The position numbers were made by a program, and so were the translations under genes. Below are positions 16,575 to 27,622 of a DNA stretch of 32,112 bases, in pieces. Within the stretch, counting starts at the first letter, position 1. Every line of letters begins with the position of its first letter. Below the pieces are notes generated by a model. It did not search any database. It was not told the origin of the DNA and worked only from the letters and a program-made list of their open reading frames with translations. Source of the stretch: Burkholderiales bacterium (lineage in GTDB: Bacteria > Pseudomonadota > Gammaproteobacteria > Burkholderiales > Casimicrobiaceae); assembly GCA_031283405.1 (NCBI GenBank), contig JAITBX010000002.1, positions 1 to 32,112 on the forward strand, given 5' to 3'.

Positions 16575-17449
16575 TTTCTCGCCTCCGCCGCTTCCGCATC
16601 TTCTCTCGAATATTTCCACTTGTTGTGAATCCACAACCAATCTGACGGGCTGGCGCGAATTTCCCGCTCGAGAACCGCTGCGTAGCGATCGATCAACACG
16701 GTATCGCTTTCGTTTTCATAGGGCGGCTCGCCGATTCGTTCGAGCCGTATCGTGTAATACCCTCGCCGAATGCGGTGCATCACCACGAAGAATACCGGTG
16801 CTTTCAGCATCTTGGCGAGTTTGTCGGTGCCGACAAAAAACGTCGTTTCCTGATTCAAAAAATGCGCCCAATGTTTGTTGGCGCTTCGCAACGGCGTTTG
16901 ATCGGCGACCAGCGCGTAAGCGTTGAGCTCATTGCGGCGCTTGATGACTTCCTTGCTGAACGTTTTGTGCGGAATCATCGTGCCGCCGAAGCGGGTGCGC
17001 GTGTTGCGCAGAAAACGATCGGCGCCTTCGTTGCGCTGCGGCTTGTAAACCGCCGCCGTCGGTATCGGCAACCAAAGCCCCGCCGCCAGAATCGTCCATT
17101 CCCAGTTGCAGAAATGCGCCGCCATCAGAAATACCGATTGCCCGCGATCGGCACAGGCTTTGATGTCTTCGACGTTTTCGATAGTGATCCGCGCCCGCAG
17201 CTTTTCGGCGTCGGCGCGAATTCCCCACAAAGCCTCCGCCAGCACCCTGCCCAGATTGCGATAATGGTTACGCAAAATGCGCGCGCGTTCCTGCTCGCTT
17301 TTTTCGGGGAACGATTGCGCGATATTTTTCGCCGCCAGTTTACGCCGCCAGCGAACGATATAAAATGTCAGGACGAACACCATATCGCCGATGCCGTAAA
17401 GCACCGGCAACGGCAACCAAGACAACCCTTTCAACAATCCAAGTATCAT
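16559..17449 (-). CDS. Lipid A biosynthesis (LpxL/HtrB/MsbB-like) lysophospholipid acyltransferase family protein
   Basis: 296 aa with an N-terminal TM segment, an HFCNWEW (HX4E) acyltransferase motif, and the overall LABLAT layout. Confidence 0.75.
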   Translation of the reverse strand: MILGLLKGLSWLPLPVLYGIGDMVFVLTFYIVRWRRKLAAKNIAQSFPEKSEQERARILRNHYRNLGRVLAEALWGIRADAEKLRARITIENVEDIKACADRGQSVFLMAAHFCNWEWTILAAGLWLPIPTAAVYKPQRNEGADRFLRNTRTRFGGTMIPHKTFSKEVIKRRNELNAYALVADQTPLRSANKHWAHFLNQETTFFVGTDKLAKMLKAPVFFVVMHRIRRGYYTIRLERIGEPPYENESDTVLIDRYAAVLEREIRASPSDWLWIHNKWKYSREDAEAAEARNKNQE

Positions 17450-17486
17450 TGCGTTCCGCTCAGAAAAATTCTCGCTTCCTTCAACA

Positions 17487-18260
17487 ATGAATCATACAGG
17501 CAACGACCCATTTTCCGAAATCGCCCAGCCGCCGCAACCGCTGCCGGTCGAGATAACCGGCGCTTCGGTTGGTCTTTCGCTGTGGCAGGCAACGCTCGCG
17601 CAGCCCGAAGCGGTGCCTTGGGTGACCTGGCTGTCGCCCGAAGAAAAGCAGCGCATCGAGCGCATGGCGCGACCGGTGTTGCGGCATCGCGCCGTCGCCG
17701 TTCGCGCCTTGTTGCGCGGATTGTTGGCGCGGGAATTGAAGGTTTCACCGGCGTCGCTGCGTTTCCAATCCGACGCGCATGGCCGTCCGCATCTGGCGAC
17801 GCCGTTCGCAAACAGCGCCATCCGCGACTTCAATCTTTCGCATTCCGCCGATGGATTGTTGATCGGCCTTCTGCACCACACCGCGCCGCCCTCGTGGCAA
17901 CGCATCGGCGTCGATCTCGAATCGTTGCAAAGCCCACGCAACACCGCGCCTCTGGCAGAGCGCGTTTTGAGCGCGCGCGAGCAACGCACTTTGGAAGGAC
18001 TGAACGGCGAAGAACATCGGCACCGTTTTCTTCATTATTGGGTGCTCAAAGAAGCCTTCGCCAAAGCCGTCGGCGCCGGTTTTTCACTGGGGTTTGACGC
18101 GATGGATTTTGAAATAAATTTCGATGCCGCCGCAACCGCTCCGCGCATCCGCGCCTTGCCGGAACCGCACCGCGCCGAAGATTGGATGCTGCGCTTCCTT
18201 CCCGTCGATCCGTTTTTTGCGGGAGCGATGGCGGTGAAGGTTTCAGGAATCAGGGATTAG
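17487..18260 (+). CDS. 4'-phosphopantetheinyl transferase, Sfp/EntD type
   Basis: FNLSHSADGLLIGL, IGVDLE and HYWVLKEAFAKAVGAG are the three signature PPTase motifs. Confidence 0.8.
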   Translation: MNHTGNDPFSEIAQPPQPLPVEITGASVGLSLWQATLAQPEAVPWVTWLSPEEKQRIERMARPVLRHRAVAVRALLRGLLARELKVSPASLRFQSDAHGRPHLATPFANSAIRDFNLSHSADGLLIGLLHHTAPPSWQRIGVDLESLQSPRNTAPLAERVLSAREQRTLEGLNGEEHRHRFLHYWVLKEAFAKAVGAGFSLGFDAMDFEINFDAAATAPRIRALPEPHRAEDWMLRFLPVDPFFAGAMAVKVSGIRD

Positions 18261-18392
18261 GTATCAGGGCGTAGGGGCGACCTGTGGTCGCCCGTGCGGA
18301 GGGGCGGCATTTTGCCGCTAGTGTGTGTCGTTGGGTACGGCGCGCCGTGCCCCTACGTTCCTCTCTCCCCTTGCACAAAGGGAGAGGGGGGT
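18261..18392. repeat. Composite cluster of four palindromic REP-like units between convergent PPTase and arnF
   Basis: The four units are GTAGGGGCGACCTGTGGTCGCCCG (18271-18294), GCGGCATTTTGCCGC, ACGGCGCGCCGT, and CTCTCCC-ttgcacaaa-GGGAGAG (18363-18386). Confidence 0.7.
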
Positions 18393-18785
18393 TTATACAG
18401 GCGCTTCGCCTTCGCTGTGAATGAGCCAGACGCCGATCAACACCGATGCAATCCCCGCGATTTTGAGCAGAGTAATCGGTTCGGCGAAGCACGGCAAAAC
18501 GGCGGTGGCGATGCCGACCAAAACATAGCTGAGACTGAGCAAGGGATAAGCGCGACTGAGCGGCAGCGCATGCAGCACTTTCAACCAGCACAAGAGCGAC
18601 AGCGCGTAAAAAACAATTCCGATCACGATGCTCAACAGCGCCAGCGGATCGACGTGTTGAATCGATAGCTCTGTTGCCGAAAGAAACGTCGCCACCGGCG
18701 GCAGTTGCGCCATGCCCCATTTCATCAACAGTTGCGCCGCCGACACCAGCGCCACGCTAACCAAAGCCCAGCCCGTCCCCCTCAT
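18393..18785 (-). CDS. arnF: Undecaprenyl-phosphate-L-Ara4N flippase subunit ArnF
   Basis: Internal ATG at 18785 overlaps the arnE stop (ATGA). It is a 130 aa, 4-TM, SMR-like protein. The sequence WALVSVALVSAAQLLMKWG resembles E. coli ArnF. Confidence 0.8.
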   Translation of the reverse strand: MRGTGWALVSVALVSAAQLLMKWGMAQLPPVATFLSATELSIQHVDPLALLSIVIGIVFYALSLLCWLKVLHALPLSRAYPLLSLSYVLVGIATAVLPCFAEPITLLKIAGIASVLIGVWLIHSEGEAPV

Positions 18786-19129
18786 AAACTGATCCCCAAC
18801 AGGGCGACGCCGAGCACGATGCAGGCGATGCCGGCAAGGTGACGACACGACAAAGTTTCATGAAAGAAATAACGCGCGGCCAGCGCCATCAGCACGAAGT
18901 TGAAACTGAGCATCGGGTACGCCACGCCCACCGGCAATAACTGCAAGGCCCACAACCAGAGTAACAGCGCAATGCCCAGCGTCGCTACGGCCAGCGTCAG
19001 CCACGCCAGCGTTTTTTTCTTTCTCGTGACGGCGGGCGTTGCCGACTTCCAGCATTCGACCGCCTGCTTCTGGCACAACTGGCCGCAGCAAGTCAGCACG
19101 CACACCAAGAGAACGAGCAGAAAACTCAT
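18782..19129 (-). CDS. arnE: Undecaprenyl-phosphate-L-Ara4N flippase subunit ArnE
   Basis: 115 aa. GQLCQKQA and PVGVAYPMLSFNFV match E. coli ArnE. The start overlaps the arnT stop (ATGA). Confidence 0.85.
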   Translation of the reverse strand: MSFLLVLLVCVLTCCGQLCQKQAVECWKSATPAVTRKKKTLAWLTLAVATLGIALLLWLWALQLLPVGVAYPMLSFNFVLMALAARYFFHETLSCRHLAGIACIVLGVALLGISL

Positions 19130-20844
19130 GGGGTTTGCCGATAATAAAGAAGGATCAAACGCTCTTCCGCCGCGCTGCTTTTTGCTGTGCCGTTTTCTGC
19201 TGTGCTGTTTCCTGTTGTGCCGCTCGCTGCGGTCAACATCTCGTCCGGCTTCGGCAAGGCTTCCGGTTTGCCGTCGAGCAGCAGCAGCGACACGTTGCCG
19301 TGCCGACGCGCTTCTTCCAGCCAATCGGGAAATTGCTCTGCCGACACGAAACGCTTGGCGCTGTCGGCGTAGCTCAAGCCGTATTCCAGTTCGCCCTTCT
19401 TGTCGAAGAGCGTGATGTCGCTGCGTTTCATTTTCCACGCCAGCCCGGCGGCGATGCCGACATTGTTGCTCAGAATGGCGCGGCTGTCTGACAGTTCGGC
19501 GCGGATGGTGTTGATGAAATCTTGCGGCTGTTTGGCGGCGACGGTTTTCTGCGGCAAGATATGACCCGCCGTCAACCCAAGCAACAACGGACACAAAGCC
19601 GCCAGCCACCAACGCCGCGCGCTTTTATTTTTATCACGATGCGCCGCCCACCAGCCGATGAACGACCAGAACAGAAAAGCCGTCAGCGCCAGCGCGATTT
19701 TGAAATGTTCGTCCGGCTCGTACAATGGCTTCACCGTCAGCACCGCGCTAATGAAAACGACGATGAGCAACACGCCGACGATGCCGTTGATTCTGCCGTT
19801 GACCGTCAACATTCGCCAGCGCTCGCGGTCGATTGCTTCAATGGCGACATGCGCCATCAGCAATGCCAGCGGCGCAAAACACGGCAGGATGTAGGTCGGC
19901 AATTTTCCCTTGGCGATGCTGAAAAAGAGAAATGGCATCACCGCCCAGCACAAGAGGTACAGCAGCTCCGGCTGCGCGCGGCGGCGCTGCCAGCCTTGCA
20001 TCAGCGCCGGCGGCAGCAACCCCAGCCAGGGCAGCGTTCCGGCAACCAGAATCGGCAGATAGAACCAGAACGGTCTTTTGTGTTGCGCGTTGTCGGCGGC
20101 AAAACGCTGGATGTGTTCCACCCAGAAAAAATAGTTCCAGTAATCAGGCTCTTTCCATGCGATTGCCAGCGCCCAGGGCGCGCTGATCAGTGCGGCGGCG
20201 GCGGCCATCACCAACCCATAAATGAACAATTCCTTGATCCGCCGCTGCCAGAGCATGTAGGACGCGACGGCAATGACGGGAATGACCAGCGCCAGAAAAC
20301 CCTTGGTCATGAAGGCCATGCCGCAAGCAAAGCCAGCCAGGATCGCTGCAATGATTTTTTGCCGCGCCGATGGCGCGCCAATCAGCGCATGGCATCCCGC
20401 CATCACGGCGGTCAGCCACAGCGCCAACATTGCATCGAGCGTGCTGTAGGTTCCGATGGCGTAAACCAGAAAACTCGACAGATAAATGATGGCAGCCGAC
20501 CAGGCTTTGCGGCGGTCCTGCCACAAGCGCAGCGCCAGCCATAAGATCAGCGCCGCGCTCAACGCGGTGCATATGGCAGGCGCCAGACGAACCGCAAAGT
20601 TGTTTTCACCGAACAGCCACAGGCTGATATTGTTCAACCAATATCCGGCGACCGGTTTTTCGAAATAACGCAGGCCGAGAAACTGCGGCACGATCCAGTC
20701 GCCGCGCGCCAGCATTTCACGGCTGATTTCGGCGTAGCGGGTTTCATCGGGTTGCCACAGCAGGCGGCCATTCAACGGCAACAGATAAAAGATACCGAAA
20801 AAAATAAACAACGCCGCTGCTTTCAGCGATTTCGATGCGGTCAT
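19126..20844 (-). CDS. arnT: Lipid A 4-amino-4-deoxy-L-arabinose transferase
   Basis: [36 protein letters not shown] is near-identical to the E. coli ArnT motif region. The start is set at the ATG at 20844 (MTASKSLK), which overlaps the arnD stop. Confidence 0.9.
   Translation of the reverse strand: MTASKSLKAAALFIFFGIFYLLPLNGRLLWQPDETRYAEISREMLARGDWIVPQFLGLRYFEKPVAGYWLNNISLWLFGENNFAVRLAPAICTALSAALILWLALRLWQDRRKAWSAAIIYLSSFLVYAIGTYSTLDAMLALWLTAVMAGCHALIGAPSARQKIIAAILAGFACGMAFMTKGFLALVIPVIAVASYMLWQRRIKELFIYGLVMAAAAALISAPWALAIAWKEPDYWNYFFWVEHIQRFAADNAQHKRPFWFYLPILVAGTLPWLGLLPPALMQGWQRRRAQPELLYLLCWAVMPFLFFSIAKGKLPTYILPCFAPLALLMAHVAIEAIDRERWRMLTVNGRINGIVGVLLIVVFISAVLTVKPLYEPDEHFKIALALTAFLFWSFIGWWAAHRDKNKSARRWWLAALCPLLLGLTAGHILPQKTVAAKQPQDFINTIRAELSDSRAILSNNVGIAAGLAWKMKRSDITLFDKKGELEYGLSYADSAKRFVSAEQFPDWLEEARRHGNVSLLLLDGKPEALPKPDEMLTAASGTTGNSTAENGTAKSSAAEERLILLYYRQTP
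19183..19227. repeat. Imperfect 15-bp tandem repeat x3 inside the arnT 3' region
   Basis: The three units are TGCTGTGCCGTTTTC, TGCTGTGCTGTTTCC and TGTTGTGCCGCTCGC. They encode the [20 protein letters not shown] stretch, which is absent from E. coli ArnT as I recall it. Confidence 0.6.
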
Positions 20845-21758
20845 GTGGCCGCTCCAGTTTTCGTCTGTGCCGGCTGTTGACAACCCAGCCAGCCTTCTCT
20901 GCCGGGGAAAGGCGCGCGTTCGATGCGGCCCGCAGGCAAGGCGCCAATGTCATCAGGCAATAATTCGCCCAATGGACAGAAATACAGATTTTCCATTGCC
21001 GCTCGTTTCAGCAAATCCTCAAAAGCCGCCGCTTGTGAAATGCCTTCGACTTCGGCATGAATGGTATAAACCGGCGTGCCGCGATCCTGCTTCAGTGCCG
21101 CCAGTACATAATCGTTGAAACCAGCGGAATCAACGGCATTGCCGACCGCTTCATCATAGGTTGGCTGCGTCACCGGAATCTGCACGGTTCCGAATGTGGC
21201 GTCTTCTAATTGCGGACGGAAGAGCGTTGTTCCCCGGCAATCGCTGTTGTAGCGAAAACCGAAACGTTCCTTGTAAGCGATGATTCGGGTATCGGCGCGC
21301 CAGCCGGGCGCGGCGGTGCAATCTATTTTGCGCCCCGTTATTTTCGCCAGTGCATCGAGGCCACGTTGAATTTCCTGCACGATTCGTTTTTCGGGCCAGT
21401 TACCCACATGCGTCTGCCAACTGTGATGATCCCAGGCATGCAAACCGATTTCGTGATCGGTCTCAGCCGCTTGCCGGATAATGCCCGCGCAAGCCTCGCC
21501 GATGTGAACTCCCGGCCAGGCCGTACCGGCCAGCAGAATGTCCCAGCCGTAAAGCGAAGCGGCGTTGGAGCGCAGCATTTTCCACAGAAAACGGGGCTTC
21601 AGCAGACGCCACAGATGGCGTCCCATGTTGTCGGGACCGACGCTGAAAAAGAAGGTGGCGCGCACTTGATGGCGCGCCAGCAGCGATAGCAACCGCGACA
21701 CGCCTTCACGGGTGCCGCGCAGCGTATCGACATCGATCCGCAGGCCGACTTTTTTCAC
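20841..21758 (-). CDS. arnD: 4-deoxy-4-formamido-L-arabinose-phosphoundecaprenol deformylase
   Basis: [18 protein letters not shown] and [48 protein letters not shown] are near-identical to E. coli ArnD. Confidence 0.92.
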   Translation of the reverse strand: MKKVGLRIDVDTLRGTREGVSRLLSLLARHQVRATFFFSVGPDNMGRHLWRLLKPRFLWKMLRSNAASLYGWDILLAGTAWPGVHIGEACAGIIRQAAETDHEIGLHAWDHHSWQTHVGNWPEKRIVQEIQRGLDALAKITGRKIDCTAAPGWRADTRIIAYKERFGFRYNSDCRGTTLFRPQLEDATFGTVQIPVTQPTYDEAVGNAVDSAGFNDYVLAALKQDRGTPVYTIHAEVEGISQAAAFEDLLKRAAMENLYFCPLGELLPDDIGALPAGRIERAPFPGREGWLGCQQPAQTKTGAAT

Positions 21759-21806
21759 TGACGCATTTCCATCACTTGGTTCAAAACCTGTTTAATCGGG
21801 CCGTGC

Positions 21807-23795
21807 TCAATCGGCGTCGCGATTTTTCAGACTTGATTCCAGTTCTCGCAAGAAGAAATCCAGCGTATTCGCCACCGTCTGCCGCATCGGAACCGCCGGT
21901 TGCCAGCCGAGCAGGCGTTTGGCGTTGCGAATGCTGGGGCGGCGGTGCGTCACATCCTGATAACCCTTGCCGTAATAATGGCCGCTTTCGGTCATTTTGA
22001 AACCGGCGAACGGCGGGAAGTGGCCGCGCAGCGGATGCGCTTCAAAACACGCCAGCAACAACTCGGCCAGCTCCTTGATGCTGGCTTCGTTGTCGGGGTT
22101 ACCGATGTTGATGATCTGGCCGTCGCATTTGCCGCCCTGGTTTTCGACGATGCGAAACAGCGCGTCGATGCCGTCCTTGATGTCGGTGAAACAACGTTTT
22201 TGCGCGCCGCCATCGACCAACTGAATCGGCGAGCCTTCCACCAGATTCAGAATCAGTTGCGTGATCGCCCTTGAGCTGCCGATGCGCGCCGCGTCGAGTG
22301 AATCAAGTCGCGGTCCCATCCAATTGAACGGGCGGAACAGTGTGAATTTCAAGCCTTCCTTGACGCCGTAGGCCCAGATGATGCGGTCGAGCAACTGCTT
22401 GGACACCGAATAAATCCAGCGTTGTTTGTTGACCGGCCCGACGATCAGGCGCGAAGTGTCTTCGTCGAACTCCTTGTCATCGCACATCCCATACACTTCG
22501 GACGTTGATGGGAAAATGATGCGTTTTTTGTATTTGACGCAATCGCGTACAATTTTCAGGTTTTCCTCGAAATCGAGTTCAAATACCCGCAGCGGGTTGC
22601 GTGTGTATTCGATCGGCGTTGCAATGGCCACCAGCGGCAGCACCACGTCGCATTTTTTGATGTGGTACTCGATCCACTCCGAGTGAATGCTGATGTCGCC
22701 CTCGACGAAATGAAAATGTGGAATGTCCAAAAAACGGGCGATGGCATCCGAACTGATGTCCAGTCCATAGACTTCATAATTTTCCTGCAACAGCCGCTCG
22801 GTCAAATGGTTGCCGATGAAACCGTTCACCCCCAGAATCAGCACCCGCGTGCGCCGCTGCGGGCGCGTCGGTATCGCTTCGCCCAAACGGCTGTTGACTA
22901 CCAATCCCAGTTCTTCGGCCAGCCGCTCGCCTTGCGAATAAAGGCCCATTTCGGTTTGACCAGCAATGACTTGCAACGCGCCTTGACCGCAAGCGACGGT
23001 CAATGGATTGACCGACAGCACGGTTCCCGGCGGTTTCCCATGAGGGTCAGCCACTGCTTGCGCATTCCAGACGATGAATTTTTTGTTGCCGTTGAACGAG
23101 AATGCACCCGGATAAGGTTCGGTAACTGCCCGCACCAGGTTATGAATCTGCTGCGCTGGCTGCCGCCAGTCGATCTTGCCGTCGGCGGGCGTGCGGCGGC
23201 CAAAGATCGTGGCTTTGCTCGAATCCTGTGGCGTCAGCGTGACCGTTCCGCGCGCGATTTTCGGCAGCAGATCGCCCAGCAATTCGCCCGCCGCAGCGTT
23301 CAGTTTTTTATGCAGCGTCAGCGCTGTATCGTTGCCGGCGATGGCGACGCGTTGCTGTCCGGCGATGTCGCCGGCATCCGCTTTTGCCACCATCTTGTGC
23401 AGCGTCACGCCGGTTTCTTTTTCGCCATGAACCAGAACCCAGTTCGCCGGCGCGCGTCCGCGATACAGCGGCAACAGCGACCCGTGCAGGTTATAGCCGC
23501 CTTGCGACGCGAGCTTCAAAATGGCATCGCCGATCAAATCGCGGTAGTAAAAAGAAAACAAAATATCCGGCTGCATCGCGCGAATGCGCTCGACCCACAG
23601 CGGATGGTTGACATCCTCCGGCGCAAATACCTGCAGATTAAGCTCGGCGCACAGGCGCGCCACCGAAGCGAAGAAGCGGTTCTCCTGCGGGTTATCGACA
23701 TGAGTGAACACCGCTTCGATTTCATAGCCCGCCGCCAGTAATGCCTTGATGCCGGTACACCCGATATTGTGATAAGCAAATACTACCGTTTTCAT
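21807..23795 (-). CDS. arnA: Bifunctional UDP-L-Ara4N formyltransferase / UDP-glucuronate decarboxylase
   Basis: 662 aa. The N-terminus is [32 protein letters not shown]. The C-terminal SDR domain shows [12 protein letters not shown]. Confidence 0.92.
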   Translation of the reverse strand: MKTVVFAYHNIGCTGIKALLAAGYEIEAVFTHVDNPQENRFFASVARLCAELNLQVFAPEDVNHPLWVERIRAMQPDILFSFYYRDLIGDAILKLASQGGYNLHGSLLPLYRGRAPANWVLVHGEKETGVTLHKMVAKADAGDIAGQQRVAIAGNDTALTLHKKLNAAAGELLGDLLPKIARGTVTLTPQDSSKATIFGRRTPADGKIDWRQPAQQIHNLVRAVTEPYPGAFSFNGNKKFIVWNAQAVADPHGKPPGTVLSVNPLTVACGQGALQVIAGQTEMGLYSQGERLAEELGLVVNSRLGEAIPTRPQRRTRVLILGVNGFIGNHLTERLLQENYEVYGLDISSDAIARFLDIPHFHFVEGDISIHSEWIEYHIKKCDVVLPLVAIATPIEYTRNPLRVFELDFEENLKIVRDCVKYKKRIIFPSTSEVYGMCDDKEFDEDTSRLIVGPVNKQRWIYSVSKQLLDRIIWAYGVKEGLKFTLFRPFNWMGPRLDSLDAARIGSSRAITQLILNLVEGSPIQLVDGGAQKRCFTDIKDGIDALFRIVENQGGKCDGQIINIGNPDNEASIKELAELLLACFEAHPLRGHFPPFAGFKMTESGHYYGKGYQDVTHRRPSIRNAKRLLGWQPAVPMRQTVANTLDFFLRELESSLKNRDAD

Positions 23796-24775
23796 GCCTG
23801 ATCCTTATGATTGTTGGAGAAACGCTGTTGACCAATGATTTTGTGAATAAAATAGCGCGGACGGGCGCGCACGTCCTGATAAATTCGACCGATGTACTCG
23901 CCCAGCAAACCCATGCCGACAAACTGCGCGCCGATAAAAATGAACAACAGGGAAAACAGCATAAAAACGCCCTCCGCACCCCACCCCGCGCCCAGCAAGA
24001 AACGCAGCACGATCAACAGCAGCGCCAGCACGAACCCGCCGGCTGCCAGCAGGCTGCCGAAAATGCTGAGGATGCGCAGCGGCGTCGTCGTCAGACAGGT
24101 TATCAGGTCGTACATCAGATTGATGAGTTGCATCAATCCGTATTTGGAAGTCCCGAATTTGCGCTCATTGTGCTGCACCGGCACTTCGATCACGCGGCGG
24201 GCAAACATGTTGGCGAGAATCGGGATGAACGTACTGCGCTCGCGGCAAGACAGCATGGCCTCGACGATGGGGCGGCGGTAAGCGCGCAACATGCAGCCGT
24301 AGTCGCTCATGACCCGCCCTGTCGTTTTGCGGATCACCAGATTGATGAGTTTGGAGGCTGTTTTACGAAACAACGAATCCTGCCGGTTCATTCGAATGGT
24401 GCCCACCACATCGTAGCCCTGCTCCGCCGCCTTGACCAGATTCGGAATTTCCTCGGGCGGGTTTTGCAGGTCGGCGTCGAGCGTCACGATCAAATCGCCG
24501 TTCGCCGATTTGAATCCGGCCATGATCGCCGAATGCTGACCGTAGTTGCGGTTGAGCAAAATCGCCACCACATGACTGCCGGCGGCTTCTGCCGCTGCCG
24601 TGATGAGGGTTGCCGAAGCGTCGCTGCTGCCGTCGTCAACCAGAATGATTTCGTAATCCTGTGTGAGCTTGGCGCACGCGGCTTGCGTGCGTTCGAGCAG
24701 TGCAGGCAAACTGTCTTCTTCGTTGAAGACCGGAATGACCACCGACACGGTTTCAATGGGGCCGAATTCAGACAC
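23792..24775 (-). CDS. arnC: Undecaprenyl-phosphate 4-deoxy-4-formamido-L-arabinose transferase (GT2)
   Basis: 327 aa. [14 protein letters not shown] and DDGSSD are GT2 motifs. Two C-terminal TM segments are present, and the gene sits in the expected operon position. Confidence 0.9.
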   Translation of the reverse strand: MSEFGPIETVSVVIPVFNEEDSLPALLERTQAACAKLTQDYEIILVDDGSSDASATLITAAAEAAGSHVVAILLNRNYGQHSAIMAGFKSANGDLIVTLDADLQNPPEEIPNLVKAAEQGYDVVGTIRMNRQDSLFRKTASKLINLVIRKTTGRVMSDYGCMLRAYRRPIVEAMLSCRERSTFIPILANMFARRVIEVPVQHNERKFGTSKYGLMQLINLMYDLITCLTTTPLRILSIFGSLLAAGGFVLALLLIVLRFLLGAGWGAEGVFMLFSLLFIFIGAQFVGMGLLGEYIGRIYQDVRARPRYFIHKIIGQQRFSNNHKDQA

Positions 24776-25919
24776 GCTGTTGCTCCAGAATATCCTTCAT
24801 TGCCGAGACCACGCGCTCGACATCGCTGTCCTGCATGTCGGGAAACAGCGGCAGCGAACAGATGCGCTCGGAGTTCCACTCGCTGTTCGGCAACGACAAT
24901 TGAGGATAACGTTCGCGGTAATATTTCTGTGTGTGCGCCGCCCGAAAATGCAGGCCGGTGCCGATGCCACGTTCTTTCAATTCGCTCATCAGCACATCGC
25001 GCGTCAACCCGCGGCAATCGCGCGGATCGGTGCGGACGATAAAAAGGTGCCACGCATGCTGATGCGGATACGCCGGTAATTGCAACGGTTTGAACGGCAA
25101 ACCGCGCAACTGTTCCAGATAAAGCGCCGCCAATTCGGCGCGGCGCGCGTTGAGTTCCGGCAAGCGCCGCAACTGCGCCAGCGCCAGCGCTGCCTGCATA
25201 TCGGTCAGGTTGTATTTGAAGCCCGGCACAATCACTTCCGCCTGCGGTTTGCGGCCCTGTTGCTCGCGGTCGAAAGCGTCGAGGCCCAGGCCGTGAAACT
25301 TCAGGCAGCGGATGCGGTCGGCCAGCGCGTCATCGCCGGTGACGATCAAACCGCCTTCGGCGCAGGTCATGTTCTTGATCGCGTGAAACGAAAAAATGGC
25401 CGTGCCGCTGCTGCCCACCCAGCGATTCTTGTAACGCGCGCCAACGGCGTGCGCCGCGTCTTCAATCACCGGAATGTTGTGTTCTTTAGCCACCGCCGCG
25501 ATCGCGTCGATGTCCAGCGGCGCGCCAGCGTAATGCACCGGCACGATGGCCTTGGTGCGCGGCGTGATGGCGGCGCGAACCGCGTCGGCGCTGACCATCA
25601 ACGTGCCGGGATCGACATCGACCATCATCGGCTCCGCGCCCAACAACACAATCATGTTCAGCGTGGACACCCAGGTTTGCGACGGCGTGATGACTTCGTC
25701 GCCCGGGCCGATGCCCAGCGCCATCAGCGCCACGTGCATGCCGCCGGTGGCCGAACTGACCGTGATGGCGTGGCGGCAGCCCAGCATCTCGCAAAACGCC
25801 GCCTCCAGCGCCTGGCACTGCGGGCCGGTCGTGATCCAGCCGGAAGTCAAAACGCCGGTGACGGCGGCAACCTCGGCCGCGCCGATGGCGGGTTGTGAAA
25901 AAGGGAGAAAAGGTTTCAT
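24768..25919 (-). CDS. arnB: UDP-4-amino-4-deoxy-L-arabinose--oxoglutarate aminotransferase
   Basis: The internal ATG at 25919 gives [33 protein letters not shown], which aligns with E. coli ArnB MSEFLPFSRPAMG. It is DegT/DnrJ/EryC1 family. The upstream part of the 582-aa track ORF is repeat read-through. Confidence 0.9.
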   Translation of the reverse strand: MKPFLPFSQPAIGAAEVAAVTGVLTSGWITTGPQCQALEAAFCEMLGCRHAITVSSATGGMHVALMALGIGPGDEVITPSQTWVSTLNMIVLLGAEPMMVDVDPGTLMVSADAVRAAITPRTKAIVPVHYAGAPLDIDAIAAVAKEHNIPVIEDAAHAVGARYKNRWVGSSGTAIFSFHAIKNMTCAEGGLIVTGDDALADRIRCLKFHGLGLDAFDREQQGRKPQAEVIVPGFKYNLTDMQAALALAQLRRLPELNARRAELAALYLEQLRGLPFKPLQLPAYPHQHAWHLFIVRTDPRDCRGLTRDVLMSELKERGIGTGLHFRAAHTQKYYRERYPQLSLPNSEWNSERICSLPLFPDMQDSDVERVVSAMKDILEQQRV

Positions 25920-25991
25920 GACAGAGAACATCCTCGAATCTCGCCATTCTAACAGGCGCGGCGTTGATTGCAGGTTATGGATGGGGATGCA

Positions 25992-26125
25992 GGGGTCTAG
26001 TTTCCCCCTCTCCAGCGGGAGAGAGGGGGAGCGCGAAACGCAAGGTTGCAGGCGATGTTGAAAGAGCGTCGCACAGCGGAGCCTTTGTTCGCTCAACGCT
26101 AACGTCAACATCCGATCCCTGATAC
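25992..26125. repeat. Composite REP-like cluster between degP stop and arnB start
   Basis: Hairpin CCCCCTCTC-N8-GAGAGGGGG at 26004-26029. ATGTTGA...TCAACAT and GAGCG...CGCTC pairings follow. A terminal GATCCCTGATACCTATTCC motif is present. Confidence 0.6.
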
Positions 26126-27565
26126 CTATTCCTCGATCACCCGAATCGTCGCGAAGAAGTATTTGTCGCCGCGCAATATCTGCAAGGTGACCGGCGCTTT
26201 TTTGTCGAGTTTGCCGAGAACGCCGTTGAGTTGCGCCGCGCTTTTCGCTTCGATCATCGTGCCGCGCTGGATCACGGCGATGATGACGTCGCCGGCTTGC
26301 AGGTCGCCGCGAATCTGGCCACGAATGTCTTCGACGATCACGCCGTTTTTGATGTCGAGTTGCTTTTTCTGCGCTACCGTCAGGTCGGACAACACCAGTC
26401 CCATCGGTGTGGGTTTCGCGTTGCCTTTGCCGCCCTGTTTGCCCATCGTTAGGCCGCCGCCGTCTTCGGCTTCGGCAATGGTGACCGACACGTTTTTGGT
26501 CGCGCTGTCGCGCCACAAGGTCAATTCGGTTTTGCTGCCCGGCTTCAGCATCGTGATGATGCGCGGCAATTCGCTGCTGTTGCGCACTTCGCGGCCATCG
26601 ACTTTCAGAATGATGTCGCCCGCTTTGACGCCCGCCTTGTCGGCCGGCCCGTCTTTTTCAACCGAGTTGACCAAGGCGCCGGTCGATGATTTCAGGCCGA
26701 ACGCTTCGGCGACATCTTTGCCGACTTCCTGAATGATGACGCCGATTCGACCGCGCGTGACTTTGCCGCTCGCCTTGATCTGATTGATCGTGTTCATCGC
26801 CACGTCGATCGGTATCGCAAACGACAAGCCCATGTAGCCGCCGGTGCGCGTATAGATCATCGAGTTGATGCCCACCACTTCGCCTTTCAGGTTGAACAAC
26901 GGGCCGCCGGAGTTGCCGGGGTTGATCGCGGTGTCGGTTTGAATGAACGGCACCAGATTTTCCTGCGGCAGATCGCGTCCTTTGGCGCTGACGATGCCGG
27001 CGGTCATGGTGTTTTCCAGTCCGAGCGGTTTGCCGATGGCCACCACCCATTCGCCGACTTTCAATTTTTCGGGATCGCCGATAACGACGGTCGGCAAAGG
27101 ATGATTCACTTCGATTTTCAACAACGCTACATCGGTGCGCTTGTCGAAGCCGATGATTTGGGCGGTGTATTCGCTTTTGTCGGTGAGTTTGACTTTCACA
27201 TCGTCGGCGCTGTCGATAACGTGCGCATTGGTGACGACGTAGCCGTCCGTCGAAATGATGAATCCCGAACCCGTCGCTTGCGGCCCTTCCGGCTCGCTGC
27301 GTCGCTGCTGCGGCGACGGCATGCCGAAGCGCTTGAAAAATTCGTAGAACGGATCGTCTTCCGACATTCCCATCATCGGATAGCCGCGCGTTTTCTGACG
27401 CACGTCGATCGACACCACCGTCGGCCCCTGTTTTTCATAGAGCGCGGTGAAGTCGGGCAAGCCGATCACCGGCATCGGCACCTGCGCGCGCAGCATGGGC
27501 GCGGTCAACAACATGAATAAGGCGCAACACAATACGAATACGCCGCGGCGCAAAGAAAGCAACAT
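26126..27565 (-). CDS. degP: Periplasmic serine endoprotease DegP/MucD (HtrA family, two PDZ domains)
   Basis: Catalytic triad context: TNAHVI (His), DVALLKI (Asp), GNSGGPLFN (Ser). ATG 27565 is preferred because an AGGAG lies 7 nt upstream; ATG 27580 is the alternative. The longer track ORF reads through a repeat. Confidence 0.88.
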   Translation of the reverse strand: MLLSLRRGVFVLCCALFMLLTAPMLRAQVPMPVIGLPDFTALYEKQGPTVVSIDVRQKTRGYPMMGMSEDDPFYEFFKRFGMPSPQQRRSEPEGPQATGSGFIISTDGYVVTNAHVIDSADDVKVKLTDKSEYTAQIIGFDKRTDVALLKIEVNHPLPTVVIGDPEKLKVGEWVVAIGKPLGLENTMTAGIVSAKGRDLPQENLVPFIQTDTAINPGNSGGPLFNLKGEVVGINSMIYTRTGGYMGLSFAIPIDVAMNTINQIKASGKVTRGRIGVIIQEVGKDVAEAFGLKSSTGALVNSVEKDGPADKAGVKAGDIILKVDGREVRNSSELPRIITMLKPGSKTELTLWRDSATKNVSVTIAEAEDGGGLTMGKQGGKGNAKPTPMGLVLSDLTVAQKKQLDIKNGVIVEDIRGQIRGDLQAGDVIIAVIQRGTMIEAKSAAQLNGVLGKLDKKAPVTLQILRGDKYFFATIRVIEE

Positions 27566-27622
27566 CTTGGAACTCCTCATGGAACTAAAATAAAACGCAA
27601 TATCTGCCGCCGAAGAAGGCGG

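Noticed and set aside
16775-18097. 440-aa ORF spanning the acyltransferase (antisense) and the PPTase (out of frame)
   Set aside because: It crosses two well-supported genes and a divergent promoter gap. The translation is Arg-rich and low-complexity.
19522-25042. Long plus-strand ORFs (19522..20544, 22662..23741, 23807..25042, 25080..25898) opposite the arn genes
   Set aside because: All are antisense to strongly supported arn genes and have Arg/Gln/His-rich compositions typical of non-coding frames.
25920-26516. Upstream extension of the arnB ORF (track ORF 24768..26516) and the 27566..27748 extension of degP
   Set aside because: The extensions translate palindromic repeat clusters (for example LPLWGKVGMGA-type pseudo-peptides) and overlap the neighbouring gene. 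Homology to ArnB and DegP begins only at the internal starts.
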